The notes beneath the pieces were generated by a model. The model was not told where the DNA came from, made no database searches, and saw nothing but the letters and a program-made list of their open reading frames with translations. Positions 13,063-23,525 of a stretch of DNA of 64,000 bases are shown here, in pieces. Position numbers and translations under genes: made by a program. The DNA comes from Macrostomum lignano (taxonomy: Eukaryota), in NCBI GenBank assembly GCA_002269645.1, contig NIVC01003584.1, forward strand, positions 25,582 to 89,581. The letters are read 5' to 3'. Each line of letters starts with the position of its first letter. Positions within the stretch are counted from its first letter, which is position 1.

Positions 13063-13536
13063 GGGAACCTGCCTCTTCGTGACGTTTCGTTAAAAATTGC
13101 TTTATTATGCATTCAGTTAAGCAACAGCAGTGTGCAGTGATTGAATGCTTCCTAAATTTGCCTTAACCAGTCCCCAGCCCTTTTGGCTAAAGAAAATTCG
13201 TTTCTCATTTATCCAGAAAAAAATTACAGATTCAAAACGGCTTGAGTCTGTTTTATTCATCATCACCGCTAGCTGCTTCACGCAAGCAGACGGTGGGCCT
13301 GATCGCTTCGGCGCCTCCTGCGCAGCCGAAAAAATATCTTGATTTGAGCTCATGCATCTGCGAGCAGTTGCATGCTCGATGTGACAGTGACAGAAAGCAA
13401 ATCGAGACTCCCATAATCGCACAGCTCACTGATTCTTAATAACCACACAAGGCGTTAATATAGATTTCAATCTGGCTCACGCGGCTGCGACAGAGCTCTG
13501 TTTACCGATAGGCAAGCGGCTGCCTGCTGATCGAGA

Positions 13537-13550
13537 GTCTCCATGGCAAC
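13537..13550 (+). promoter_or_regulatory. RFX X-box-like motif upstream of copy C
   Basis: GTCTCCATGGCAAC, same position relative to the ATG as in copies A and B. Confidence 0.45.
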
Positions 13551-13642
13551 GCATCAATAAGGCTGCTGTTATTTAGCCTCTCTCTCGCACAGAGATTCGG
13601 CAATCTTCTGCTTAATGCCGCACTGACAAACCCAGCCTGGCC

Positions 13643-14471
13643 ATGCCTCTCTACAGGATTCTCTGTACTGCTCCGATCCTGAGCTGCCTGATCTGCGCCG
13701 CTCTCTGCCGGGAGTTCCAGATCTCGGACCTCGGCTGCTTCGTTGACTACACAAATGGCGTGCAGAGAGACGTTGGTGGCATGAAGAACATTGGCCTCAC
13801 ACGGATCGGCAGCTCCGAGGTATCTCAGATATACGATTCTATCAACTGCGGCCAGATGACTCGCGAGGTGTGCAGCAGCGTCTGCGCTCTGGGCGGCTTC
13901 CAGTTCGCGGCTCTGCAATCGACATACTGGTGCTTCTGCGGCAACTCCTACGGGTCGCAGGGCGCTGCTCCTGACTCGGACTGCTTTCTTGCCTGCAGTG
14001 GAAACTCGGGCCAGAACTGCGGAGGTGATTGGCGAAACCGGGTGCTCCGGCTGAGCTACACCAACGGTGAGTTGCTGCTGCTGGTGGCCACTTGTTTAAT
14101 TTTTGGCCTTCGTATGTTGCTGCATTGGATTTTGGCGACAGACAAACAAACTTTTAAGCAGACAATCAGATGCCTTTCAGTGGCTCAACTCAACTCAACT
14201 TCAAATTATTTCATTGCAAATCGAAGGTAATGACTTCTTTGTTCGCGGCAACCGGAATTTCGTCGAACTCAACATCCCTGATGCGCCGAACTTTACGACT
14301 GTGAGCGCTCCGAGTCGGATCCAGTGCGTGTCTCTGTGCTCCAGTAAAGGCTCCGGTTGCCAGGCGGTGATCTTCAGTCAGCAGCAGCGCCTGTGCCACC
14401 TGCTGGAGTATGCTGCGGTCCCGGCCGCCTTCAGCAGCGAAAGCAGCGGCGACTTCTTTGTCCGTGGCTGA
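13643..14471 (+). CDS. Secreted WSC + PAN/apple-like protein, copy C (222 aa, 2 exons)
   Basis: Exons 13643-14066 and 14227-14471 with conserved splice sites; flank homology to A/B from ~13235 to ~14840. Confidence 0.88.
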
Positions 14472-15384
14472 GTGCGAATGAAGCAGGTGCTGGTGCAGCT
14501 GAGCAGAGCAGACGAGCTGTAAGAACCGAAATTTAGAGGCAAATCAAAACAAACAGTGTCAACTAGCAAGCATACCTAAGCCTACTCAAAGACTTTAAAG
14601 TACTCAAAAGTACTCAAAGTACTAACAACTGTAGACGTCTGCGTCTGAAATCAACTGGCCGAAATTGAACGCGAACCTATTTTTGCTTCTCATCCGAAAA
14701 TGCTAAACCTTTTTTACTTTTACCAAAATGTTTTTATGTACTTTCCTTTATAATCTTTGCGAATGCACTTCTGTGTGTTAGGCATTCGATTTCTGCTTTT
14801 GTTCTGTTAATTGTTGATTAGAACAGAGTAGTTTTGCGCGCAATCGGATACTTTTTGTCAGGATTCATTTTGTCAGTTAGTCAAAGGAAAGCAGCATTCG
14901 ACCACTGCGCAATGGTGTTGCTTAACGGAATGTAGAATAAAGCAATGGTTTAACGAAACGTCACGAAGAGTCAGGTGCATGCCCCACTGAGAGTCGAGGG
15001 ATGCCCAGTTGCACAGATGAGACACAGGACTCACTGATAAATTTCGTTTAATAAAACATTCTAAACCCTGCTGTGCCGCACTGCAGTCCTTGGTGAATCT
15101 GAGAGAACGGCCTGCAAGCATGGCTGCATGGTTTCTGACCAATAGCAGAGGCCCAGCAACACCAAATACGTCTGTTACCGCCCGAGAAGAGAGCGAAGGC
15201 CCAGACTCCCGACGGTTCATCAGGCTGATGACAATTCTTCTCTAGCGTGTGTACATGACTCAAAGTTTTCTGTGATTTTTTACTGACATCAATCGAGGAC
15301 TTTTTACCGACTTTCAGCTCTGCATCTTCCGGACCGAGTCGTGCTGCCCACCAGCAGTGCAGTGCAGGAGCTGCTGCAGCCACC

Positions 15385-15585
15385 GTGGCGTGTCAGGCTC
15401 TCACGCTACGAGCCCTGCTTCCATTCCGTGCGCGGTCACATAAGTTGAGGCTCGTGCAAGGAGAGTTTACTGACGGTTGTCATGCGATCCACAGCCTTGA
15501 GGGCCAACCCCAAAAGTGCAGGGTGTACATGCTTGACAATCAGAAAATCAGGACCGCTGTACACCCCATGCGAGCGTGTGGTGCA
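15385..15585 (+). mobile_element. SINE-family copy (decayed head)
   Basis: Shares body motifs ggtcacat...gccttgag.gccaacccc...gtgtacatgc...aggaccgctgtacac with the 20660-20878 element. Confidence 0.6.
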
Positions 15586-16047
15586 GGTGTGTAATTGCGT
15601 ACAGTATTGGTGTGACCATGGGAGAGTCCGCGAAATGGGCAGGATTGACTCAAGAGAGCCTGAGGCATCAATCCAAGTCAACTGCTGGCAAACTAATTAA
15701 AACGAAGCGAATGCATTCACAATTTTTCATCATTCATTGACTAAAGAGCTACAAAATTCACATATTGATATTCGCCTGCACCAGCTGATAGGCATTGTGT
15801 ATAATTTATTGTGCATAATTTAAGCTGACTGGATGCTCAGGCTTGAGTGGAAGCATGCAGGACATCGATTTGTAAACAGCGTGTAGAATAAGAGATTATT
15901 AAGCGAAATTAAATCAGCAATTCAGAACTCGCTGCGCTATGGTTAATATGGATGATTGGAATTGCACATTAGAGCTCGAACACTGCGATTCATAAGGCAA
16001 TCAATGGTGACAAACAACAGGCACTCGCTTGTCTTTGCAAAGCTGGC

Positions 16048-17160
16048 TGTGTGTCTGTTTGTGTCTGCTTGTCCCAGTGTCTGTCTGTCCCTGCCTGTCC
16101 CAGTGTCTGCCTGTCCCAGTGTCTGTCTCAGTGTCCTCCTGTCCCAGTGTCTGTCTGTCCCAGTGTCTGCCTGTCCCAGTGTCTGCCTGTCCCAGTGTCT
16201 GCCTGTCCCAGTGTCTGCCTGTCCCTGCCTGTCCCATTGTTTGCCTGTCCCAGTGTCTGTCTGTCCCAGTGTCTGCCTGTCCCAGTGTCCTCTTGTCTCC
16301 AGTTTCTGCCTGTCCCAGTGTCTGTCTCAGTGTCCTCCTGTCCCAGTGTCTGTCTGTCCCAGTGTCTGCCTGTCTCAGTGTTTGTCCCAGTGTCCTCTTG
16401 TCTCAGTTTCTGCCTGTCCCAGTGTCTGTCTCAGTGTCCTCCTGTCCCAGTGTCTGTCTGTCCCAGTGTCTTCTTGTCTCAGTGTCTGCCTGTCCCAGTG
16501 CCTGTCCCAGTGCCTGTCCCAGTGCCTGTCCCAGTGCCTGTCCCAGTGCCTGTCCCAGTGCCTGTCCCAGTGCCTGTCCCAGTGCCTGTCCCAGTGTCTT
16601 CTTGTCTCAGTGTCTGCCTGTCCCAGTGCCTGTCCCAGTGCCTGTCCCAGTGTCTGCCTGTCCCAGTGCCTGTCCCAGTGCCTGTCCCAGTGCCTGTCCC
16701 AGTGCCTGTCCCAGTGCCTGTCCCAGTGCCTGTCCCAGTGCCTGTCCCAGTGCCTGTCCCAGTGCCTGTCCCAGTGCCTGTCCCAGTGCCTGTCCCAGTG
16801 CCTGTCCCAGTGCCTGTCCCAGTGTCTTCTTGTCTCAGTGTCTGCCTGTCCCAGTGCCTGTCCCAGTGTCTTCTTGTCTCAGTGTCTGCCTGTCCCAGTG
16901 CCTGTCCCAGTGCCTGTCCCAGTGCCTGTCCCAGTGCCTGTCCCAGTGTCTTCTTGTCTCAGTGTCTGCCTGTCCCAGTGTCTGCCTGTCCCAGTGTCTG
17001 CCTGTCACAGTGTCTGCCTGTCACAGTGTCTGCCTGTCACAGTGTCTGCCTGTCCCTGCCTGTCCCAGTGTCTGCCTGTCCCTGCCTGTCCCAGTGTCTG
17101 CCTGTCTCAGTGTCCTCCTGTCCCAGTGTCTGCCTGTCTGTCTTTCGGTCTGTCAGTCAG
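16048..17160 (+). repeat. 12-bp minisatellite (tgcctgtcccag)n with 16-bp variants
   Basis: Tandem periodicity; source of the spurious SQCL/ACPS/PVPV ORFs. Confidence 0.97.
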
Positions 17161-17538
17161 TGAGGCGGTTCATCCATATCTTATGTTTTCACTCTTAAAA
17201 TCTCTTCTCGTCTCAATGAAGATAAAGGTTAGGAGTTGTAAATCAGGTGAACAATTAAGGTCATATAACCATTCGAAATCAGCAATAAGAATCACACACC
17301 ATAAAAAATGATTAGAAAATTTCAGCAGAAAATGGCTGAACCTAAGAATCAAGCAGAATTCCGTATACCAGTTGGCCTGAAGATTCGCATTTATCATGCC
17401 AGTGAATCGTGATGAACTGCATGCAATTCTATTAGTACTCATAGAGCTAGCAGAAACGCGATGATACCTGCAGTGATTTGCCTAATTCAGCTAAATATTG
17501 CAGTTGTCAGAAAGTTTCTGTTTCAATCATCTCGTTCG

Positions 17539-18483
17539 TCACTTCTGCTCGTCCCCCAGCCACCGCCTGAAGGCAGCCACCTGCTGGCGAACGGACTCCA
17601 GGGCGGTGCCGCCGAAGGCGCCGTACTGCTCAACGCTCGTCTCAAAGTCCCACAGCTGGGTGACGTCTTCGCCGAATTTCTCGCTGCGGGATGATTGGGG
17701 ACAGAGGTCAGTCAGTCAGTCAGTCAGTCAGTCAGTCAGTCAGTCAGTCAGTCAGTCAGTCAGTCAGTCAGTCAGTCAGTCAGTCAGTCAGTCAGTCAGT
17801 CAGTCAGTCAGTCAGTCAGTCAGTCAGTCAGTCAGTCAGTCAGTCAGTCAGTCAGTCAGTCAGTCAGTCAGTCAGTCAGTCAGTCAGTCAGTCAGTCAGT
17901 CAGTCAGTCAGTCAGTCAGTCAGTCAGTCAGTCAGTCAGTCAGTCAGTCAGTCAGTCAGTCAGTCAGTCAGTCAGTCAGTCAGTCAGTCAGTCAGTCAGT
18001 CAGTCAGTCAGTCAGTCAGTCAGTCAGTCAGTCAGTCAGTCAGTCAGTCAGTCAGTCAGTCAGTCAGTCAGTCAGTCAGTCAGTCAGTCAGCTGCTCACC
18101 TGACAGTCCGGAAGTCCTCAAAGGTCAGCTGGTGCAGCTGACACGCCTTGGCTTCGGCCAGCGCCACGCAACGCCCGGAGGCGGCGTGGGCCTCCCTGAA
18201 CGGCACCCCGCGGCGCACCAAATAGTAGGCCAGGTCGGTGGCCAACATGTCGCAGCTGAGGGCGCCGGCGCAGGCCTCCGGATGCACCGTCAGGGTGGCC
18301 ACCACGCCGTCGGCGATTCGAACCACGGCTGACACGGTGTCAGCTGAGTCGAACAAGCCCTCCTTGTCCTCCTGCAGGTCCTTGTTAAAGGCGCTGGGCA
18401 GGGACTTCTGCACCATGAGCAGGGACACCAGGTGGCCGCACAGCCGTCCGGTTTTGCCGCGGATGAGCTCCAGACTGTCCGCG

Positions 18484-18515
<32 letters not shown>

Positions 18516-20505
18516 GCTGTACGCGTCCGACAGCGTGACGAAGCCGAACTCCTTGCTGCAGAAGAGGATCAGGTCCTCGGCGAGGCGGCTCAGGTGGTTG
18601 CCAAGCATGGCGGCCGCGAACTGGAACTCCGAGGCGAAGTCGCGGTCCGCCACGGCGTCCAGACTGTTCCAGGTGACCCCAGAGGTGAAGCCGAGGGCGT
18701 CTGGGATTTCGGAGGGGGCTGATCAATACCTGCTCACGATTCTAAGAATACCACGCCCTAATTCAGCACACCCCAATACCCCACACCCTAATTCTCCACA
18801 CCCAAATACCCCACACCCAAATACCCCAACACCCCAATTCCCAACATCCAATACTCTACAACCCTATTCCTCACACCCAAATACCTCACACCCCAATTCC
18901 CAACATCCAATACTCCACACCCCTATTCCTCACACCCTTATTCCCCACACTCCAATTTCCCCACACCCAAATTCCTAACACCCAATACCCCACACCCCAA
19001 TTCCTAACACCCAAATACCCCACACCCCATTTCTCCACACCCCAATACCCCACACCCCAACTCCCCACACCCCAATTCTCCACACCCCAATTCTCCACAT
19101 CCCAATTCTCCACACCCCAATTCTCCACACCCCAATTCTCCGCAACCCATTTCTCCACAACCTAATTCTCCACACCCCAATTCTCCACACCCCAATTCTC
19201 CGCAACCCATTTCTCCACAACCCATTTCTCCACAACCCAATTCTCCACACCCCAATACCCCACACCCGAATTCCCAACACCCAATTCCCAACACCCAATT
19301 CCCAACACCCAATTCCCCACACCCCGATTCCCCACACCCAATTCCCAACACCCAATTCCCAACACCCAATTCCCCACACCCCGATTCCCCACGCCCAATT
19401 CCCCACACCCCGATTCCCCACACACAATTCCCCACACCCGATTCCCCACACCCAATTCCCCACACCCCGATTCCCCACACCCAATACCCCATCCCTCGCC
19501 CTACCGGCCAGCGCCTGCCTGTCCACCCCGAAGGGGTTGCCGGCCAGGGCGCCGCTGCCCAGCGGGCACACGGCGGTGCGGGCCCGGCAGTCGGCCAGTC
19601 TCTGGCAGTCCCTGCGCAGCATGGAGGCGTAGCTGAGCAGCCAATGGGACCAGCGCACCGGCTGGGCCCGCTGCAGGTGGGTGTAGCCCGGCATGAGCAC
19701 GCCGGTCTCCGACTCCGCCCGGCTGACCAGGGTGTTGATGAGGCGGCGCAGCTGGGGCAGCAGCTCATCCGATAAGTAGTCCATGAGCCACAGGCGGATA
19801 TCCGTGGCTACCTGAGCTCGGAGGTTTTTGGTTGAGACTGGTTGTGACATGAGGGGTCAGTCCCCCCTAAGCTACATGGATAATTAGGGGTCAGTCCCCC
19901 TAAGCTACATGGATAATGAGGGGTCAGTCCCCCCTAAGCTACATAGATAATTAGGGGTCAGTCCCCCCTAAGCTACATGGATAATTAGGGGTCAGTCCCC
20001 CTAAGCTACATGGATAATTAGGGGTCAGTCCCCCCTAAGCTACCTGGATAATGAGGGGTCAGTCCCCAAGCTACCTGGATAATGAGGGGTCAGTCCCCAA
20101 GCTACCTGCACATCAAGAGCGCCAGCTCAGGCTGAGGTGCCGCACCCCTCTCCCCAGCCCCACCTGGTCATTCCTGCTCCGCCCGGTGTGCAGCTTGGCG
20201 GCCGGGGCGCCCACCAGCTCCTTGAGGCGGCGCTCATTGGCGGTGTGGATGTCCTCGTCAGACGGCGCCGGGACGAAGCTGCCGGACTGCCATTCGGCGG
20301 CCACCAGATCCAGGCCGCGGTGCAGCTCGGAGGCCTCCGCCTCGGTCAGGAGGCCCGCGCCAACCAGCGCCGTGGCGTAGGCGCGGCTGCCGCGCAGGTC
20401 CTGGCGCCACATCCGCTTGTCGAAGGACAGGGAATCGTTGAACGCCTGCATGAGCGGGTCCAGGCCGCCTGTGAACCGGCCGCCCCACAGCTTGGACTCG
20501 GACAC
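17539..20505 (-). CDS. ASL: Argininosuccinate lyase (4 exons, 464 aa without the initiator Met)
   Basis: Exons 20505-20164, 19811-19505, 18700-18100 and 17683-17539, all GT-AG and in frame. Motifs [40 protein letters not shown] signature and [11 protein letters not shown]. No adjacent ATG (in-frame TAA at 20532-20530). Confidence 0.97.
17707..18090 (-). repeat. (TGAC)n microsatellite filling ASL intron 3
   Basis: About 96 perfect units occupying 384 of 416 intron bases. Confidence 0.99.
18755..19497 (-). repeat. G-rich ~19-20-bp minisatellite in ASL intron 2
   Basis: Units like gaattggggtgtggagaat on the sense strand. Confidence 0.95.
19851..20105 (+). repeat. 33-bp minisatellite in ASL intron 1
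   Basis: ggggtcagtccccctaagctacatggataatta, about 7-8 units. Confidence 0.95.
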
Positions 20506-20659
20506 CTGCGAGGGTTCGGGATTTTTTTTTTAGAGGCAGGGGGGTTGTGTGCACCCTGGCGCACTTTAAGCGACATAGCACACAACCGGCGAGAGGCATT
20601 ACTGCTCATTCCGCCGACTCCCCTGAACAGGCATACAAGCGCGCGGATACGTACGCAGG

Positions 20660-20878
20660 CACACACTCACACAGGAGTGTACAGCGGTCCTAACTTTATA
20701 TTATCGTTAGGCATGTACACTTCACTGTGCCTTGGGGGGTTGGCTCTCAAGGCCGTTAATTGCACGAGCAGAGCCAAGCCGAGATTCCAATTCCGCCCTA
20801 AATTAATGTGACTGCACTTGGAATCGAGCCTGGGTCGCTGGCACACCAGAGGCGCTAGACCGCTGGGCTACGGCCCCC
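20660..20878 (-). mobile_element. tRNA-derived SINE
   Basis: Minus-strand head GGGGGCCGTAGCCCAGCGGTCTAGCG (Pol III A box) and GGCTCGATTCC (B box), no complete cloverleaf, followed by a body shared with two other copies and a TG-rich tail. Confidence 0.7.
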
Positions 20879-20946
20879 CTTGAGGGTTCGGGATGGTACG
20901 AGCCGTAATTATTGTTGTCAAAAACTTTACCGTGACAAGAATAGCT

Positions 20947-21363
20947 AGAGTCATTGAAAAAAAAACTCTCTAGTGACTCTAGCGACTTCGAGGCAACTCT
21001 TGTGACTTTTAACGACTGTTAGGCGACTGTTGCGTCACAAGACTTGTAGAATCGTATAAGAGCCGTCCAAGAATTTTTGTGTTAGCGCTTAACTTTCGCT
21101 AGAGATGCGACTCTGATTCATCAAGCGACGCAATGCGCTTCAAACGCAACTCAGTGACTCTACAGCGACTCTGGCGTAGAGACGACTTTACGGCCCCAGA
21201 GTCGTTTCAGAGTCGCAGGCTATAAAGCGATTCTTGAGCAACTCTTTGACGACTTTTTGGCGTCTTGTATCGTGACATCTCGTCGTTTTAAAGTCGTTTA
21301 GAGTCACTTATTTCCAATTTTACCCGTCATCTGCAACGACTCTGGGGCGACGCAAGTGACTCT
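20947..21363. mobile_element. MITE-like dispersed repeat with AGAGTCAYT termini and internal GACTC/GAGTC motifs
   Basis: Ends agagtcattg...caagtgactct are inverted; the element is homologous in reverse orientation to 44219-45872 minus the mariner insertion. Confidence 0.65.
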
Positions 21364-21368
21364 TCTCG

Positions 21369-22310
21369 GCCTGGGTCCCTTTTTCATGGGGCTGTGAGCA
21401 TCTTGGCCTGGATCCCTTTTTCATGGGGCTGTGAGCATCTTGGCCTGGATCCCTTTTTCATGGGGCTGTGAGCATCTTGGCCTGGATCCCTTTTTCATGG
21501 GGCTGTGAGCATCTTGGCGCAGCGCATCTTGGCCTGGATCCCTTTTTCATGGGGCTGTGAGCATCTTGGCCTGGATCCATTTTTCATGGGGCTGTGAGCA
21601 TCTTGGCCTGGATCCATTTTTCATGGGCTGTGAGCATCTTGGCCTGGATCCCTTTTTCATGGGGCTGTGAGCATCTTGGCCTGGATCCCTTTTTCATGGG
21701 GCTGTGAGCATCTTGGCCTGGATCCCTTTTTAATGGGGCTGTGAGCATCTTGGCCTGGATCCCTTTTTCATGGGGCTGTGAGCATCTTGGCCTGGATCCC
21801 TTTTTCATGGGGCTGTGAGCATCTTGGCCTGGATCCCTTTTTCATGGGGCTGTGAGCATCTTGGCGCAGCGCATCTTGGCCTGGATCCCTTTTTCATGGG
21901 GCTGTGAGCATCTTGGCCTGGATCCATTTTTCATGGGGCTGTGAGCATCTTGGCCTGGATCCATTTTTCATGGGGCTGTGAGCATCTTGGCCTGGATCCC
22001 TTTTTCATGGGGCTGTGAGCATCTTGGCCTGGATCCCTTTTTCATGGGGCTGTGAGCATCTTGGCCTGGATCCCTTTTTAATGGGGCTGTGAGCATCTTG
22101 GCCTGGATCCCTTTTTCATGGGGCTGTGAGCATCTTGGCCTGGATCCCTTTTTCATGGGGCTGTGAGCATCTTGGCCTGGATCCCTTTTTCATGGGGCTG
22201 TGAGCATCTTGGCCTGGATCCATTTTTCATGGGGCTGTGAGCATCTTGGCGCAGCGCATCTTGGCCTGGATCCCTTTTTCATGGGGCTGTGAGCATCTTG
22301 GCGCAGCGCA
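21369..22310 (+). repeat. 37-bp minisatellite (catcttggcctggatccctttttcatggggctgtgag)n
   Basis: About 24 units with a recurrent 15-bp catcttggcgcagcg insert; no spacers. Confidence 0.97.
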
Positions 22311-22349
22311 TCGTCCACAAAAGGCGCCAATACTGTAAGCAGGCACTCA

Positions 22350-22505
22350 CACACGCTCACACAGGATGTACAGAGGCCCTTAACTTTCCAACCGTCAGGC
22401 ATGTACAGTCTCGGTGCTTTGGGCTGAGTCGCACAACCCCCAAAATGAATGTGACCGCGCAGAGTGCAGGTGGGCCCATCCTAGATGCGTACTAACCACC
22501 ACCAA
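22350..22505 (-). mobile_element. SINE-family copy (diverged)
   Basis: cacaggatgtacagaggcc...ggcatgtacag...aatgtgaccgc aligns with 20668-20815. Confidence 0.55.
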
Positions 22506-22796
22506 GTCTGCTTAACTTGCATCGCTTACGGTGAATGCTCTGATTGCTGAAGCCTCACCTTACTTTCACCAGTTGCAGGTTTGCTTTCCGACATGCTTTT
22601 CAAGTTATTTGATTGGTTTATTAACTGTTACGGACAGGTAGGCAAATCTGAAAGGGGATAATTGAAAATACCATTCGACATATTTACCCGGACTTCGAAC
22701 TCAGGATTTACAGTCACTATCATTTCATAAAACTGATTCTATATACCACTAACCATACATAAAGCTTGAAGCTCATGTTAAACTATGAGTTATTTA

Positions 22797-23525
22797 CATT
22801 TACCCTACCTGATGCTTCAGGCTAAACAATTTGAGCTCCTAATATTTACCCTACCTGAAGCTTCAGGTTGAACAATGAGTTCCTCATATTTACCCTACCT
22901 GATGCTTCAGGCTAATCAATTTGAGCTCCTAATATTTACCCTACCTGAAGCTTCAGGTTGAACAATGAGTTCCTCATATTTACCCTACCTGAAGCTTCAG
23001 GTTGAACAATGAGCTCCTCATATTTACCCTACCTGAAGCTTCAGGTTGAACAATGAGCTCCTCATATTTACCCTACCTGAAGCTTCAGGTTGAACAATGA
23101 GCTCCTCATATTTACCCTACCTGAAGCTTCAGGTTGAACAATGAGCTCCTCATATTTACCCAACCTGAAGCTTCAGGTTGAACAATGAGTTCCTCATATT
23201 TACCCAACCTGAAGATTCAGGCTAAACAATTTGAGTTCCTCATATTTACCCAACCTGAAGCCTCAGGTTGAACAATGAGCTCCTCATAATTACCCTACCT
23301 GAAGCCTCAGGTTGAACAATGAGTTCCTCATATTTACCCAACCTGAAGATTCAGGCTAAACAATTTGAGCTCCTCATATTTACCCAACCTGAAGCCTCAG
23401 GTTGAACAATGAGCTCCTCATATTTACCCAACCTGAAGATTCAGGCTAAACAATTTGAGCTCCTCATATTTACCCAACCTGAAGCCCCAGGTTGAACAAT
23501 GAGCTCCTTATATCTAAACTACCTA
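22797..23525 (+). repeat. 44-bp minisatellite containing the 16-bp palindrome ACCTGAAGCTTCAGGT
   Basis: Period 44 (22981 to 23025); two alternating variants; no unique spacers. Confidence 0.96.

Noticed and set aside
15048-15383. 111-aa minus-strand ORF
   Set aside because: No recognisable motif or exon partners; adjacent to a SINE.
15956-17311. Long Cys/Ser/Pro-rich ORFs (370-451 aa)
   Set aside because: Translations of a 12-bp minisatellite that is open in all three frames.
20820-20878. tRNA gene
   Set aside because: A and B boxes are present, but there is no pairing acceptor stem or complete cloverleaf, and the head continues into a repeated SINE body.
21369-23525. 37-bp and palindromic 44-bp arrays as CRISPR arrays
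   Set aside because: Head-to-tail repeats with no unique spacers, no cas genes, and a eukaryotic context.
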